This document shows positions 18,525 to 28,585 of a DNA stretch of 55,440 bases, piece by piece. The stretch is taken from the NCBI GenBank assembly GCA_031401815.1, contig JANNRW010000143.1, forward strand, positions 1 through 55,440, read 5' to 3'. Numbering within the stretch: the first letter of the stretch is position 1; every line of letters begins with the position of its first letter. The stretch comes from Geobacteraceae bacterium (GTDB taxonomy: Bacteria; Desulfobacterota; Desulfuromonadia; Geobacterales; DSM-12255). The notes beneath the pieces were generated by a model. The model did not search any database, had not been told where the DNA came from, and saw only the letters and a program-made list of their open reading frames with translations. The translations under genes and the position numbers were made by a program.

Positions 18525-21400
18525 AGAACTGCCTTCAGATACTCGGCGGTCTTCTCTCTTTTCTCGGTTTCGACCACTTTCGGGTCAACTTCAACAAACT
18601 TCTCGTCCGGGGTAACCTTGAAAAGCGGCTGCCCTTTCTGCACAATACTGCCGTCAGCTCCCTGCATGATGACCTTGTCGATGGTACCTGAAAAGGTGGC
18701 CCTGACAGTGTTGAACATTTTCATAACTTCTATTATATAGAGTGCCTGGCCTTTTTCAAAGTGCATCCCCTCGGTTATAAATGGTGGCAGTCCGGGGCCT
18801 TCCTGACCATAGTACATGCCACCGCAGATGGAAACAATCTCGTCTGCCTTGGTTGTAGGGGGAGGCACCAGCACCTTCTTCATCCTCACCTGCAACTCGG
18901 TGTCGTTGAGATAATCAGGTATGGTAACCTCAAGATCTTCTTCTATCTTGAAGTCCCAGAACTTAAGGTTGCATGCAAGGACATAGAGTATCCCAAGCAG
19001 TTCAAGGCCGGCTTCAAAGCCGACATGGGCAGACTGGATCTGTGACCATTCGTCCGCACTGAACCCGCCCTGTGGCTTTTCCTTGTTAATAACAGCAGAC
19101 AGTTTGTCGAATTCGTGCATGTCGAGTTTGAACTTCTCTGACAGTGTCGAGTAGAAGCGCAGACCTTTCTGCAGCAGCTCGTTGTCATGACTCCAGATAA
19201 CCTCGGCGGCAGGAGATTTCGGGTCGAATGACATATTCAGGTACTCGTAGGTATCTGCAAGTATCACAAACGGATTGTCGCGCAGCACAATCTTTCCTTT
19301 TTCAACTCCAAAACTGTTTCTGTTCCGTGAGAGCCAACCGGACAGCAGATGTGGATCTTCCAGCAGTTTGTCCATCGGGCGAGTAACCAGCGTCCCCTTG
19401 CGATCAATAATTGCCGACATATCCTTGCCCGGCTTTGGGTCTTCCGGGAACTGCTCTGCCATCTTCTTTGCATAGGCCTTCTTCATCTGAATGAATGCAT
19501 AGACTGTATCTATTTTAGAGGCCTCTTCCTTCAGCAACCCCATCAGAGTAAGGTACGGCACGACAAAGCGGGTTGTCGGTTTCGCCATGACGTTCTGGCC
19601 AATGAACCAGTTGACCAGTCCGTAGTGAAATTCGAGGTTAGTTGCCATGTCAACGCCGCGCAGTGTGGTCTTGCCGAGAACCTTTGAGAGATGAAGGTAG
19701 CTGTCAAGCCGATCTTCACCCTTTGTCAGCAGCAGTGCGATGTTGGAGTCATAAGCCCCTGCAACCTTGTAGCGCATGAACATGCCGGTATCAGGATTGA
19801 CCAGGCTGATTCCCTGGTCATCGCGAATCTCACCTTCGATCGGTTTGGACCAGAATCGGATCATGCCGCCGGCGTGGGGTGAAAGTGAGCTGTCAGTCGC
19901 ATTAAGGCGCGCCTCTGCTGCTGCGGCGAAGCGGGGAATTCTCTCGGGTTTGGGCAGACGTTTTTTATGGCGGGCAAGCAGAGCCATCGCTTCAACCAGT
20001 GACTCCACGATGAAGAAATCGTTTTTGTCCTTCGGATTGGTGAACTTGAGGGAGTAGCAGAGTTCGGAAACACGGTGCTCTACCTGGATCCGGGTGTTCA
20101 CCTCCATAAAGAAGTAGCGGTCACGGTCGACTATACACTCAAAAGTTGAAGCAGAGTCCAGACCTACGGCGACACCGAACTTGGTGGAGTCCTCCTCCAT
20201 TCTTTTCAGAACCTTGAGATCGCTCTCAAGTGCCTTTACTTCGGCCTTTTTCCCTGCTTTTTTAGCCTTCTCGATGGCAAGGGCAAGACTTTCCTGCGTC
20301 ACGGATATTTCCAGCAGTTTCTGCTCGTGCATCTGCAGCGAGCAGTCGCGACCGCCGAGTGACACACACCATTCCCCGTTACCGACAAGCTGAATCTCGT
20401 TATGACGGGTCTGCTCTATGTTCAGCTCGACAAGAACGTTCTTGTTATCGCCGACACCGTTAGCCTTCACTTCGTTCAGAATCTCGCGGACAAGGGTCGG
20501 GGTCTCTTCGGCGGCATCCCTGATCTGCTTCTCAGTCGCATTTTTCAGAGGCAGGAGTGATGCTCCAAGGATCCTCTGACCCTTACCACCGCCGCCGCCG
20601 ATCGCCTTAAGACGGATTCGGCTTTGCGGATACTCCTTGAACATGGCAATTACTTCAACCTGTACCTGAGCGGAAAGTTCATCGATAGTATAAAGATCAA
20701 GTCCTTTTTCGTATGAGGCATATAGAATTTTGTCTGCAAGATCCTCAAGCGAGAGTTTTTTGTCATCAAGAATTTTGGCATCAATTGCAATCCCGTGAGC
20801 TTTAACCAATCCGAGGAGTTTGTCGCGGCTGCCGTATTTCGTGACCATAGTTCTGGCAGTAACGTTGTTGATACCCGGTGTCACGCTGACCCCTACCTGA
20901 AGGGCGGTACGCTTTGCTTCATCTTTCTTGCCGGCATCTGCCTGGGTGCGTGAATTCGGTCCGATGAATTTAAGGCCGGCCTTTTCGATTGAAGCAACAA
21001 ACTCTTCGTCCTCGGCCATAAAACCGTAACCGGCAAAGATAGAATCATAGCCGTTATCATGAGCAATCTGAATGATCTGCCCGATTCGCTCGACGCGCTC
21101 TTCCTTGCTGGCGCCGGTGTAGTCGGGCACGCGGTGAACGCGAGTCGAATCCGTAAGTTGACGCAGTTCCGGAGCAAGGGCGTTGGCATAAACAATGGAG
21201 TCTTTTTCAGAAAGGAGGATGCCGAAGTGGCTCATTCCCATCTCTTCGAAAACATCCATCGCCTCTTTTCTGATCGGGCCGCGGCAGACAATCAGCGGCT
21301 TGAGATCTTCGCTGGCAAAGGAGCGAACCCACTCAGAGTCGGATTTTCCCAACCTGCGGTCACGGTGAATCAGTGGATTATTCATGTAGAGGTCGTTCAT
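18521..21400 (-). CDS. long biotin carboxylase-BCCP fusion protein (acyl-CoA carboxylase alpha-type, 959 aa)
   Basis: ATP-grasp motifs KAIGGGGGKGQRIL and FMEVNTRIQVEH, and a C-terminal biotinyl motif IEVMKMFN. It has an atypical N-terminus and a ~300-aa region between the BC and biotinyl domains. Confidence 0.8.
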   Translation of the reverse strand: MNDLYMNNPLIHRDRRLGKSDSEWVRSFASEDLKPLIVCRGPIRKEAMDVFEEMGMSHFGILLSEKDSIVYANALAPELRQLTDSTRVHRVPDYTGASKEERVERIGQIIQIAHDNGYDSIFAGYGFMAEDEEFVASIEKAGLKFIGPNSRTQADAGKKDEAKRTALQVGVSVTPGINNVTARTMVTKYGSRDKLLGLVKAHGIAIDAKILDDKKLSLEDLADKILYASYEKGLDLYTIDELSAQVQVEVIAMFKEYPQSRIRLKAIGGGGGKGQRILGASLLPLKNATEKQIRDAAEETPTLVREILNEVKANGVGDNKNVLVELNIEQTRHNEIQLVGNGEWCVSLGGRDCSLQMHEQKLLEISVTQESLALAIEKAKKAGKKAEVKALESDLKVLKRMEEDSTKFGVAVGLDSASTFECIVDRDRYFFMEVNTRIQVEHRVSELCYSLKFTNPKDKNDFFIVESLVEAMALLARHKKRLPKPERIPRFAAAAEARLNATDSSLSPHAGGMIRFWSKPIEGEIRDDQGISLVNPDTGMFMRYKVAGAYDSNIALLLTKGEDRLDSYLHLSKVLGKTTLRGVDMATNLEFHYGLVNWFIGQNVMAKPTTRFVVPYLTLMGLLKEEASKIDTVYAFIQMKKAYAKKMAEQFPEDPKPGKDMSAIIDRKGTLVTRPMDKLLEDPHLLSGWLSRNRNSFGVEKGKIVLRDNPFVILADTYEYLNMSFDPKSPAAEVIWSHDNELLQKGLRFYSTLSEKFKLDMHEFDKLSAVINKEKPQGGFSADEWSQIQSAHVGFEAGLELLGILYVLACNLKFWDFKIEEDLEVTIPDYLNDTELQVRMKKVLVPPPTTKADEIVSICGGMYYGQEGPGLPPFITEGMHFEKGQALYIIEVMKMFNTVRATFSGTIDKVIMQGADGSIVQKGQPLFKVTPDEKFVEVDPKVVETEKREKTAEYLKAVL

Positions 21401-21437
21401 TGGTCACTATCTCCAAATTGATTTTTATATACCTATA

Positions 21438-21514
21438 AGTATTCAGGAGTCAGGAGTCAGGAGTCAGTATAAATACGGGTTCATGCTGACCCCTGAATAC
21501 TGAATACTGACTAC
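21438..21514. repeat. family C element (GTCAGGA heptamer arms), copy 2
   Basis: agtattcaggagtcaggagtcaggagtcagtat ... gctgacccctgaatactgaatactgactac are inverted arms around a 14-bp centre. Confidence 0.75.
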
Positions 21515-21519
21515 TTTTT

Positions 21520-23244
21520 CTAGTGAAATTCCCTCTGCACACCACCCATGGGACCGGGCTTGTAGTGACGGAGAAGGAAGTTCATGTTTTCACCAAGAAC
21601 CTTGCGCAGGTCAGTCGGCATGACTATCGCAGAGATTGAACCGAGGGCAAGGCCTTCTTTCGGGTTCATAAGCTCTTTTTCGTAGCGAAGGTTAAGGGCG
21701 CCTTCCTGAGCCTTAAGCCACTCTGCAGCCTCTTTCTCGGCGTCTTTTTTGGCAGCAGCACCGTCCATGCCGGCAGCGGTTCGCTCCGCAGCACCTTTCT
21801 TGACCATATCCGCAGCAGTAGCACGCATCTTGCGTACTTCATCCTTATAGACAAACTCTTTACCGGCAGGTCCCATAACCGCAAGACGTGTTGTCGGCAG
21901 GGCAAGAACAAGGTCTGCACCGGTCGGATAGTTATTGAAGGAGGCATAAGCACCGCCGTAGGCGTTGCGCAGGATCAGCAGGATCCGCGGGGTACGGACA
22001 TCAACTATGGAGTCAAGCATTGAACGGCCTGCCTGAACAATGCCGCGTGCTTCCTGTTCACGACCGGGGAGGAACCCGGTCGTGTCTTCCATGAAGATGA
22101 TCGGAATATTGTAAATATTGCAGAAGCGGACAAACCGGGCGATTTTGACAGCAGAGTCACAGTCTATCTGCCCCGAAGAAATTGCCGAGTTATTTGCAAC
22201 AAAGCCGACCACGTTCCCGCCAAGACGGCCAAAGGCAGTGATGACCTCTTTGGCACGATCCGGTTGCAGTTCGAAGTAGTCACCATGGTCACATATCTGC
22301 TGAATGATGATGGAAACATCAAACGGGGTATTGAATCCTGTCGGCGAGTTGAACGCTTTTTTAAGAAGAGTATTGATCTCCCAGGTCTTCCGGTCGAGAG
22401 GATCACTGGTCTCCTGAAAAGGAGCGGCAACGCTGTTATTGTCAGGCAGGTAGGAGAGCAGCCGGACTGCCGTGCGCAGCGCGGCGACTTCATCGGTAAC
22501 GGTAAGGTCGGCAACGCCGGATTTACCGTGAACCTTCGGGCCACCAAGCTCTTCCGGAGTTACATCCTCACCCAGAACTGATTTTACAACACCGGGGCCG
22601 GTGAGCCCGAAGAAAGTGTCATTAGGTTGAATGACAAAACTTCCCTGCCGTGGCAGATAACTGCCGCCGCCGGCATTGAAGCCGAACATGCACATGATTG
22701 ACGGGACGACGCCGCTCATCTTGCGCAGTGCGGTAAAAGCTTCGGCATAACCGTCAAGTCCGCCGACCCCGGCAGGGACGAAAGCGCCAGCCGAATCGTT
22801 CATGCCGATAACCGGTATGCCCTTGGCAGCAGCCAGATTAAAGAGCTTGGCAAGTTTGCTGCCGTTTGTTGCATCTATAGAGCCGGCGCGGACCGTGAAG
22901 TCATGCCCGTAGACAGCGACATCACGACCACCGATATTCAGGATCGCAGTAACAAGTGATGCGCCGTCAAGATTCTTTCCCCAGTTCTGGTAAAGAACAT
23001 TCGGCGCTTCTCCGGAAAGGACAGAAAGACGCTCCCAAACGGTCATACGCTTCTTGAAGTGCTGTTTTTCGATCTGATCGATCTTGACCGACTTGATCGG
23101 CCGCTGAATGAGGTCATAGCCCTCTTTCATAGCCTCTTCATAGCCGCCGGTTATCCTGGAGATTTCCCCCGGGATCGTAAATTCAACTTTCTCGGTGGGA
23201 TCAAACGGGTTTTTAAGCGAAGGTTTCACAGCTTGCATAGACAT
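21520..23244 (-). CDS. acyl-CoA carboxyltransferase (PccB / methylmalonyl-CoA carboxyltransferase / GcdA-like)
   Basis: Two-lobed carboxyltransferase sequence ([37 protein letters not shown]). The start is taken at MSMQAV with AGGAAGG upstream. Confidence 0.85.
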   Translation of the reverse strand: MSMQAVKPSLKNPFDPTEKVEFTIPGEISRITGGYEEAMKEGYDLIQRPIKSVKIDQIEKQHFKKRMTVWERLSVLSGEAPNVLYQNWGKNLDGASLVTAILNIGGRDVAVYGHDFTVRAGSIDATNGSKLAKLFNLAAAKGIPVIGMNDSAGAFVPAGVGGLDGYAEAFTALRKMSGVVPSIMCMFGFNAGGGSYLPRQGSFVIQPNDTFFGLTGPGVVKSVLGEDVTPEELGGPKVHGKSGVADLTVTDEVAALRTAVRLLSYLPDNNSVAAPFQETSDPLDRKTWEINTLLKKAFNSPTGFNTPFDVSIIIQQICDHGDYFELQPDRAKEVITAFGRLGGNVVGFVANNSAISSGQIDCDSAVKIARFVRFCNIYNIPIIFMEDTTGFLPGREQEARGIVQAGRSMLDSIVDVRTPRILLILRNAYGGAYASFNNYPTGADLVLALPTTRLAVMGPAGKEFVYKDEVRKMRATAADMVKKGAAERTAAGMDGAAAKKDAEKEAAEWLKAQEGALNLRYEKELMNPKEGLALGSISAIVMPTDLRKVLGENMNFLLRHYKPGPMGGVQREFH

Positions 23245-23290
23245 CTCCACCATCCTTCCTATCATTGGTTTGATAACTGCTTTATATATG

Positions 23291-23857
23291 TTACCTGGTA
23301 ACTACGGCTAGCACTCTGACTTCCTGGCCATCCTTCGAGAGGAGACGATGCCGCAAAGAAGAGTCGAAATAGACACAATCCTCTTCCTCAAGAGTTATTC
23401 TTTGATCTTCAAGTAAAAGTTCGGCTGTTCCTTTCATCACATACAGAAACTCTTCACCGTCGTGACTGTAGGTATTTTCTTCTGCCACCTTTTCAGTTAC
23501 AGATAACAGAAACGGCTCCATTTTCTTGTTCTGCTTTCTGAAGGAGAGCGATTCGTAAGAGTAACCCTGGCTGGTTCCAGCCCGGGAAATTACTCTGGGA
23601 ATCAGTTTGCGCTCACTTCTTCTTACTACCTCATAACGACACTCCTCCTCGTCTTCTGTAAAAAAGAGCCCGATTTTTACATCAAAGAACTTGGCGATTC
23701 TTGAGAGTGTAGCAATAGGGGGAGAGACATTGTTATTTTCAATCTGGGAGATAAGTGCTGGTGAAAAGCCGGTCTCTCTGGCAACGGCCTGAAGAGTGAG
23801 CTTTTTTGCAAGACGAAGTCTTTTTATCTTGGCACCGATATTATATTCGCTCATCAA
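23291..23857 (-). CDS. XRE-family HTH plus cupin-domain transcriptional regulator
   Basis: [35 protein letters not shown] followed by a C-terminal cupin barrel ([14 protein letters not shown]). Confidence 0.85.
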   Translation of the reverse strand: MMSEYNIGAKIKRLRLAKKLTLQAVARETGFSPALISQIENNNVSPPIATLSRIAKFFDVKIGLFFTEDEEECRYEVVRRSERKLIPRVISRAGTSQGYSYESLSFRKQNKKMEPFLLSVTEKVAEENTYSHDGEEFLYVMKGTAELLLEDQRITLEEEDCVYFDSSLRHRLLSKDGQEVRVLAVVTR

Positions 23858-23896
23858 ATCCCCTGCTGAAAAATAATTCTGTTTTCGTGGGTGTTG

Positions 23897-23924
23897 TGTA
23901 TACGAATAAGAGTTACATTGTCAA
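23897..23924 (-). promoter_or_regulatory. sigma-70-like promoter for the regulator/carboxylase operon
   Basis: Minus strand: TTGACA, a 16-nt spacer, then TATACA. It is immediately preceded by an AATAA-N3-TTATT palindrome. Confidence 0.4.
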
Positions 23925-24050
23925 TAAAAATTATTTAGTTGCGGCAAAATCCGGGGCAGTTTTGTCAGGAGTAAAGCTTGTTTGCGTTTGTCAACGAGGA
24001 AGGTGTTTCATGTCGGCAAAAAAAGGTGCGGGGAGATGGAAACTACAGCT

Positions 24051-24395
24051 TCACCTTGATGGCGAAGCTGTAGTTGAATCCTTTGTCCTGGTTTCCAGCA
24101 TATAGGCAAAGAGATTGCGGCACATCTGGAGCCGCTTCAAGTAGATTTTTCGAGGGGTTGCCTCCAGCTGCTCAATCTGAGGCTTCAGGCGGTCGCAGCG
24201 CTCCAGACTCTTTTTAAGCTCTTCAACCCCCATATTCATTGCATTCTCAGTCTGACTGCAAACCAGTTCAAACTCTTCTTTCCATGGTTCATCAGCTGCA
24301 TATGCAGAAGACGGAGCGATAGTGAGAGAGATCAAAGTTGCAAAGTTAATCATAAATGCAATTAACAGCAGAGTAGAGTAACGGCAGATCTTCAC
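24051..24395 (-). CDS. small secreted helical protein, translationally coupled to the upstream cytochrome
   Basis: The GTG start overlaps the cytochrome stop (GTGA) after GGGAGGAG. It has a signal peptide ...APSSAYA-AD and a mature part of ~85 aa with 3 Cys. No family was recognised. Confidence 0.5.
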   Translation of the reverse strand: MKICRYSTLLLIAFMINFATLISLTIAPSSAYAADEPWKEEFELVCSQTENAMNMGVEELKKSLERCDRLKPQIEQLEATPRKIYLKRLQMCRNLFAYMLETRTKDSTTASPSR

Positions 24396-25210
24396 TGCTC
24401 CTCCCTCATTGCCGGGTGACATCGTCGGCACTCATCCATCGGAAAGGCAACAGTCATATGACAGACTCCGCAGTAGTTGCCTTTGAGTATTTCCGCCATT
24501 GAAAAGTGTGTCCCTTTCTTTTTGATGTTGAAAATATCCGGATGACAGTTGTCGCAATCCAGCCAGGCAGCATGCGCCTTGTGAGGGAAAATGGCTGGAG
24601 GAATTATGGACATCTCCGCCTCCAGAAGCAACTCCTTGTCAAATTTCATGTCCTGGGATTTTTTTTTGATATATGATTCAGGCTTGATCAGTTTGCGTTC
24701 AACAGCTTCAGTCCAGTGGATACCATTGCCGGTCATGGTCATAGGGAGTGCCCTGGCAAGAAGAAGATCTTCAAACTTTTTACTGCTGTAGTTGAAATCG
24801 CCGTTGTGACATTTTTCACAATTACCGTTATGGCGAAAGGCTATCTTGCCGTTGTGACAGGCACCACAGAACTTCCCGCTCCGATTTGCACGCTCGGTAA
24901 TCTCCGTAGTGCCGCTCTTCATCTGAAAATCCAGTTCACCATGACATACGCGACAGGTATATTTTTCGCGATGAAGCCAGTGAGAAAAGGTTACAGCCTG
25001 TTGTCCGTTTCTGGTCGAAGTTCTGTCCAGAAGCAAGTTGCCATACTCTTCGCGAGGCGGAGGCGCTGGAAGATTGAAATTGGCAAAACTATCGGTTACA
25101 TGCAAAACCGTTAAAAAAAATAAAATTGATGCGCTCGAAAAAAGTCTTTTCCCCCTCCCTTGACGGGAGGGGGTCAGGGGGTGGGTGAAGTTGCAACATG
25201 CTGTTATCAT
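24392..25210 (-). CDS. hexahaem c-type cytochrome (two c7-type trihaem domains)
   Basis: Six CxxCH motifs (CRVCH, CGACH, CEKCH, CDNCH, CGVCH, CRRCH) and an F(S/P)HxxH...CxxCH c7 signature. The only in-frame start lies inside repeat A2. Confidence 0.8.
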   Translation of the reverse strand: MITACCNFTHPLTPSRQGRGKRLFSSASILFFLTVLHVTDSFANFNLPAPPPREEYGNLLLDRTSTRNGQQAVTFSHWLHREKYTCRVCHGELDFQMKSGTTEITERANRSGKFCGACHNGKIAFRHNGNCEKCHNGDFNYSSKKFEDLLLARALPMTMTGNGIHWTEAVERKLIKPESYIKKKSQDMKFDKELLLEAEMSIIPPAIFPHKAHAAWLDCDNCHPDIFNIKKKGTHFSMAEILKGNYCGVCHMTVAFPMDECRRCHPAMREEQ

Positions 25211-25285
25211 GGCATCTTCCCCCCCACCCTAACCCTCCCCCGCCAGGGGGGAGGGGACTTTATTTTGAGAATTTGCGAATTCATC
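25128..25285. repeat. family A MITE-like element, copy 2
   Basis: Near-identical to 30926-31082. The termini are gatgcgctcgaaaa / tttgcgaattcatc. Confidence 0.85.
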
Positions 25286-25305
25286 AAAATTACCGGCCAG
25301 TACAT

Positions 25306-26130
25306 CTACTGAACCTGCTTGGTATGGCAGCGGCGACAGTCGCTCTGTGGAAACGCAACATTGCCGTGACATGCGCCGCAGTATTTCCCGGCAAAAAGGT
25401 CAATCATGCTGTATTTCTCGCTGCCTCGCTTGACCCCGACAAAAATATCAGGATGGCAGAGCTCGCAGCCATTCCATACAGTATGCTTTTTGTGGGAAAA
25501 GATAATTTCAGGAACCCCCTCCACCTTGGTGCCGATAGAGAAATCCTTCTGGTTGGTCATTGGTGCTCTTTTGGTCGAGACCCCTTCAACGTAATCGACA
25601 AGCTTGATCGCTCCGCTCTCTTCCGCCTGTTCCCAGTTTATGCCGTTCCCCCCCCGCTCTTTCGGCATTTTGTCTGCAAAGGCGCGAAACGCTCTCTCCC
25701 TCTGCTCTCGGCGAGCCTCTTTTTCCAGAACAACCTTGTCCTGGCTGTGACATTTTATACATCGCTTCATGTCGTCCTTTGAAAACTTGTCGCTGCATGC
25801 TGCAAAAAGAGTCTCTCCGCCAAAAGTGAACTTGCCGTTATGACAGACTCCGCAGTAATACCCTTTCATATTGTCAACAGCCCTGATCCCCCCTTCGTTT
25901 GCTTTCATGGAAAATCCTATATCAACATGACAGACACGACAGGTAAAATTACGGCGATGCACCCAGTGTTCGAACAGTACCGGATTCACCCCTGCTTTTG
26001 CCGAGTTTGCAGAGATGGTCACATTACCGTAATCGTGCTCCAGCACCTTTTTCTTTTTAACTCCACCAGCAGAGAACGCAATACCTGCAAAACCCAACAC
26101 TATTGCCATGATTGCCAAAATGCGTTTCAT
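25306..26130 (-). CDS. hexahaem c-type cytochrome (two c7-type trihaem domains), paralog of the downstream gene
   Basis: Six CxxCH motifs (CRVCH, CGVCH, CIKCH, CELCH, CGACH, CRRCH) and signal peptide MKRILAIMAIVLGFAGIAFS. ATG 26130 follows GGAGAG. Confidence 0.88.
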   Translation of the reverse strand: MKRILAIMAIVLGFAGIAFSAGGVKKKKVLEHDYGNVTISANSAKAGVNPVLFEHWVHRRNFTCRVCHVDIGFSMKANEGGIRAVDNMKGYYCGVCHNGKFTFGGETLFAACSDKFSKDDMKRCIKCHSQDKVVLEKEARREQRERAFRAFADKMPKERGGNGINWEQAEESGAIKLVDYVEGVSTKRAPMTNQKDFSIGTKVEGVPEIIFSHKKHTVWNGCELCHPDIFVGVKRGSEKYSMIDLFAGKYCGACHGNVAFPQSDCRRCHTKQVQ

Positions 26131-26209
26131 GTGACTCTCCAAAAGATAAAATAGGTGGACATTATCCGCATGAGCATAAGGTTTGTCAATGCAATATAAT
26201 TAGGAATTG

Positions 26210-26962
26210 TCAAGTAATGTTGCAGAGTGGACAGTGCGGATTACTGTGCAGGGGTATTTCCCTGAATTTAAGGGAAAATACATCATAGGTGAGGAGCCGG
26301 TTTGTTAACAGTTGCCCGGTGCCGAGAAGGAATTTAATCGCCTCGGTAGCCTGAAGAGTGCCGATAATGCCGGGCAAAACCCCGATTACCCCGGCTTTTG
26401 AGCAGGCCAGAGCCACATCCTCTTCCGGAGCTTCGGGGAATATACAACGATAACATACTGACTTACCGGGTATAATGGTGGTTGTCTGACCTTTAAAGCG
26501 AAGAATCCCGCCGTGTGAAAATGGTTTTCCTGTTTCAAGAGCTGCATCGTTAATCAAAAATTTGGCAGGAAAGTTGTCTGTAGCGTCGATAATAAAATCG
26601 TACCCAGACATTATCCCTTTTATATTTTCAGCTGACACTCGCATGGGATAAGTCACAATACTTACATCAGGATTTAACGGCTCCAGAGCTCTTTTTGCCG
26701 AATCTACCTTGGCACTGTTGATGGAAGGGGTATTGTGAAGAATCTGTCTCTGAAGATTTGACAGTTCCACCCTGTCGCCATCCGCAATACCAACAGTCCC
26801 CACCCCTGCTGCAACAAGGTAGTAAAGTGCAGGAGAACCGAGTCCGCCAGCACCGATAACCAGTACGCGACCGGCAAGCAGCTTTTCCTGGCCTTCCTCG
26901 CCGACTCCTTCAAGGATAAGATGCCTTGCGTAACGCTCTTTTTGTTCTTGAGTCAACATCAG
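26210..26962 (-). CDS. ThiF/MoeB/HesA-family adenylyltransferase
   Basis: RYARHLIL, VIGAGGLGS, ELSNLQRQILH, and zinc CxxC pairs (CYRC, CPLC). The start is taken at MLMLTQEQ. Confidence 0.85.
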   Translation of the reverse strand: MMLTQEQKERYARHLILEGVGEEGQEKLLAGRVLVIGAGGLGSPALYYLVAAGVGTVGIADGDRVELSNLQRQILHNTPSINSAKVDSAKRALEPLNPDVSIVTYPMRVSAENIKGIMSGYDFIIDATDNFPAKFLINDAALETGKPFSHGGILRFKGQTTTIIPGKSVCYRCIFPEAPEEDVALACSKAGVIGVLPGIIGTLQATEAIKFLLGTGQLLTNRLLTYDVFSLKFREIPLHSNPHCPLCNIT

Positions 26963-27063
26963 CATCTCCGGCTGCCTGATCCCTTGCAGCTTTGATAGAA
27001 AGGTTTTCAGTAACAAAAAGGGGAGCAAGCTCCCCTTTTTCTTGAAATACTATAAACAGCCCC

Positions 27064-27921
27064 TTAAGCCAGACAACTCTCCAGCACAACAGGAGCCAGA
27101 AGAGTTTTCAGCTTCTTCCTTGCCCCCTCTTCAATCTGCCTTACCCGCTCGCGGGAAATGGCAAAATAATCGGCTATCTCCTGTAGAGTCAGCGGCTCTT
27201 CAGCTGCAACCCGCTGCTCAATAATGTAGCGCTCTTTCTCATTCAGCTTCTCCATGGCTTTGCCGATTTTCTGCTGAAGAAGCGCAGCTTCCTGATACTC
27301 CACCATCACCTCTTCCTGATTTTGCCTCTCATCTGCAAGACCATCAAGCATGGTGAAACCTTCGCCTGCCACTATTTCGGCATCAAGCGAATATTCCCCC
27401 CTCATCCTCTGCTCCATTTCACTGACCTCTGACTCCTTTACATCAAGGTTCAGGGCTGTATCTTCAAGACTGTCATGGCCAAGTGCACTTCTGATTGCAT
27501 TTTTCGCCTGAGTGAGCTTGAAAAAAAGCTTTTTCTGCGCCTGGGTCGTGCCGATTTTCAGCAGGCTCCAGTTTGAAATGATAAAGTTCTGTACATACGC
27601 ACGAATCCACCAGACAGCATAAGAGATAAGCCTGACCCCTTTATAGGGGTTGAATTTTCGCACTGCCATCATCAATCCGATGTTACCCTCCTGGATAAGA
27701 TCAAGTATCTTCATCCCGTAAGCACGGTATTCGGTGCATATCTTGACGACAAAGCGAAGATTTGAGGTGACAAGCTGGTGAGCAGCATCCAGATTTTTCT
27801 CTTCATAAAGGGATACAGCCAGTCTCTGCTCTTCTTCGGCATCAAGAAGGGGAAACTTTCGTATTTCGGAAAGGTAAAGCGTAAGACTGTCAGATACAAC
27901 AGGAAGATTCATATTTGTCAT
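27064..27921 (-). CDS. rpoH: RNA polymerase sigma-32 factor
   Basis: Region 2 QEGNIGLMMAVRKFNP, RpoH-box-like QAQKKLFFKL, and region 4 LQEIADYFAISRERVRQIE. Confidence 0.9.
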   Translation of the reverse strand: MTNMNLPVVSDSLTLYLSEIRKFPLLDAEEEQRLAVSLYEEKNLDAAHQLVTSNLRFVVKICTEYRAYGMKILDLIQEGNIGLMMAVRKFNPYKGVRLISYAVWWIRAYVQNFIISNWSLLKIGTTQAQKKLFFKLTQAKNAIRSALGHDSLEDTALNLDVKESEVSEMEQRMRGEYSLDAEIVAGEGFTMLDGLADERQNQEEVMVEYQEAALLQQKIGKAMEKLNEKERYIIEQRVAAEEPLTLQEIADYFAISRERVRQIEEGARKKLKTLLAPVVLESCLA

Positions 27922-28016
27922 GTTCAACCTCTGCAAATATCCACAAAAAGTTAGCACTCTCAGGGTGAGAGTGCTAACAATATATCACCTCGCACTCAAG
28001 ATTTCAAGTGGTTGGT

Positions 28017-28472
28017 TTATTTTTTCTCGTACATCATTATTGTCATTTCCGGCTTTTTTGGGGCATATGCGAATGTAATCCTGCTGGCTGCATCCTGCCA
28101 GCGATGGGTAACCATATGCGGAGCGCTGGTTCGGTCAATGACCCCTTCCCCATACAGTTTCTTCTGTTTTGCCAGGAGCTTTTCTATACCGTTCTTCTTA
28201 ACATAGGCAGGTGCGAAAGTGACTGAAACAGCGACAAGTTTGTTGGTGCTGAATGCAAAGCTCCGCTGCTTGATTTCGCTGGAAGGTGCAAGCTGCTTGT
28301 AAATATCCTGCGTCCCCAGCTTTGACATCTTCCCTTTAGGAAAAACCTTCGCTACAGTGTGAGCATCAGCCCCCCAGGGGGTCTTGCCATAGCCTGCAAA
28401 GAGAGCTGCGGCAAAAAGATCTGCCTGTAACAAAAGAAACACCGGCAGAATCAGTAATACTAGTCTTTTCAT
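28017..28472 (-). CDS. hypothetical secreted protein
   Basis: Signal peptide MKRLVLLILPVFLLLQADLFA. No recognisable family. Confidence 0.5.
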   Translation of the reverse strand: MKRLVLLILPVFLLLQADLFAAALFAGYGKTPWGADAHTVAKVFPKGKMSKLGTQDIYKQLAPSSEIKQRSFAFSTNKLVAVSVTFAPAYVKKNGIEKLLAKQKKLYGEGVIDRTSAPHMVTHRWQDAASRITFAYAPKKPEMTIMMYEKK

Positions 28473-28585
28473 GAACTCTCCAAAATACCGGTTTCTGTCA
28501 ATGAACCGCTTAAGTTATTAATGATAGAGAGTGCCATTATTTCTGTCAAGCACTGCGTCAGCACTGATAACAGATGACTCTCTTA

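Noticed and set aside
25198-25782. 194-aa plus-strand ORF starting ...PPHPNPPPPGGRGLYF.
   Set aside because: Its N-terminus is a translation of repeat element A2, and the remainder is antisense to the hexahaem cytochrome gene.
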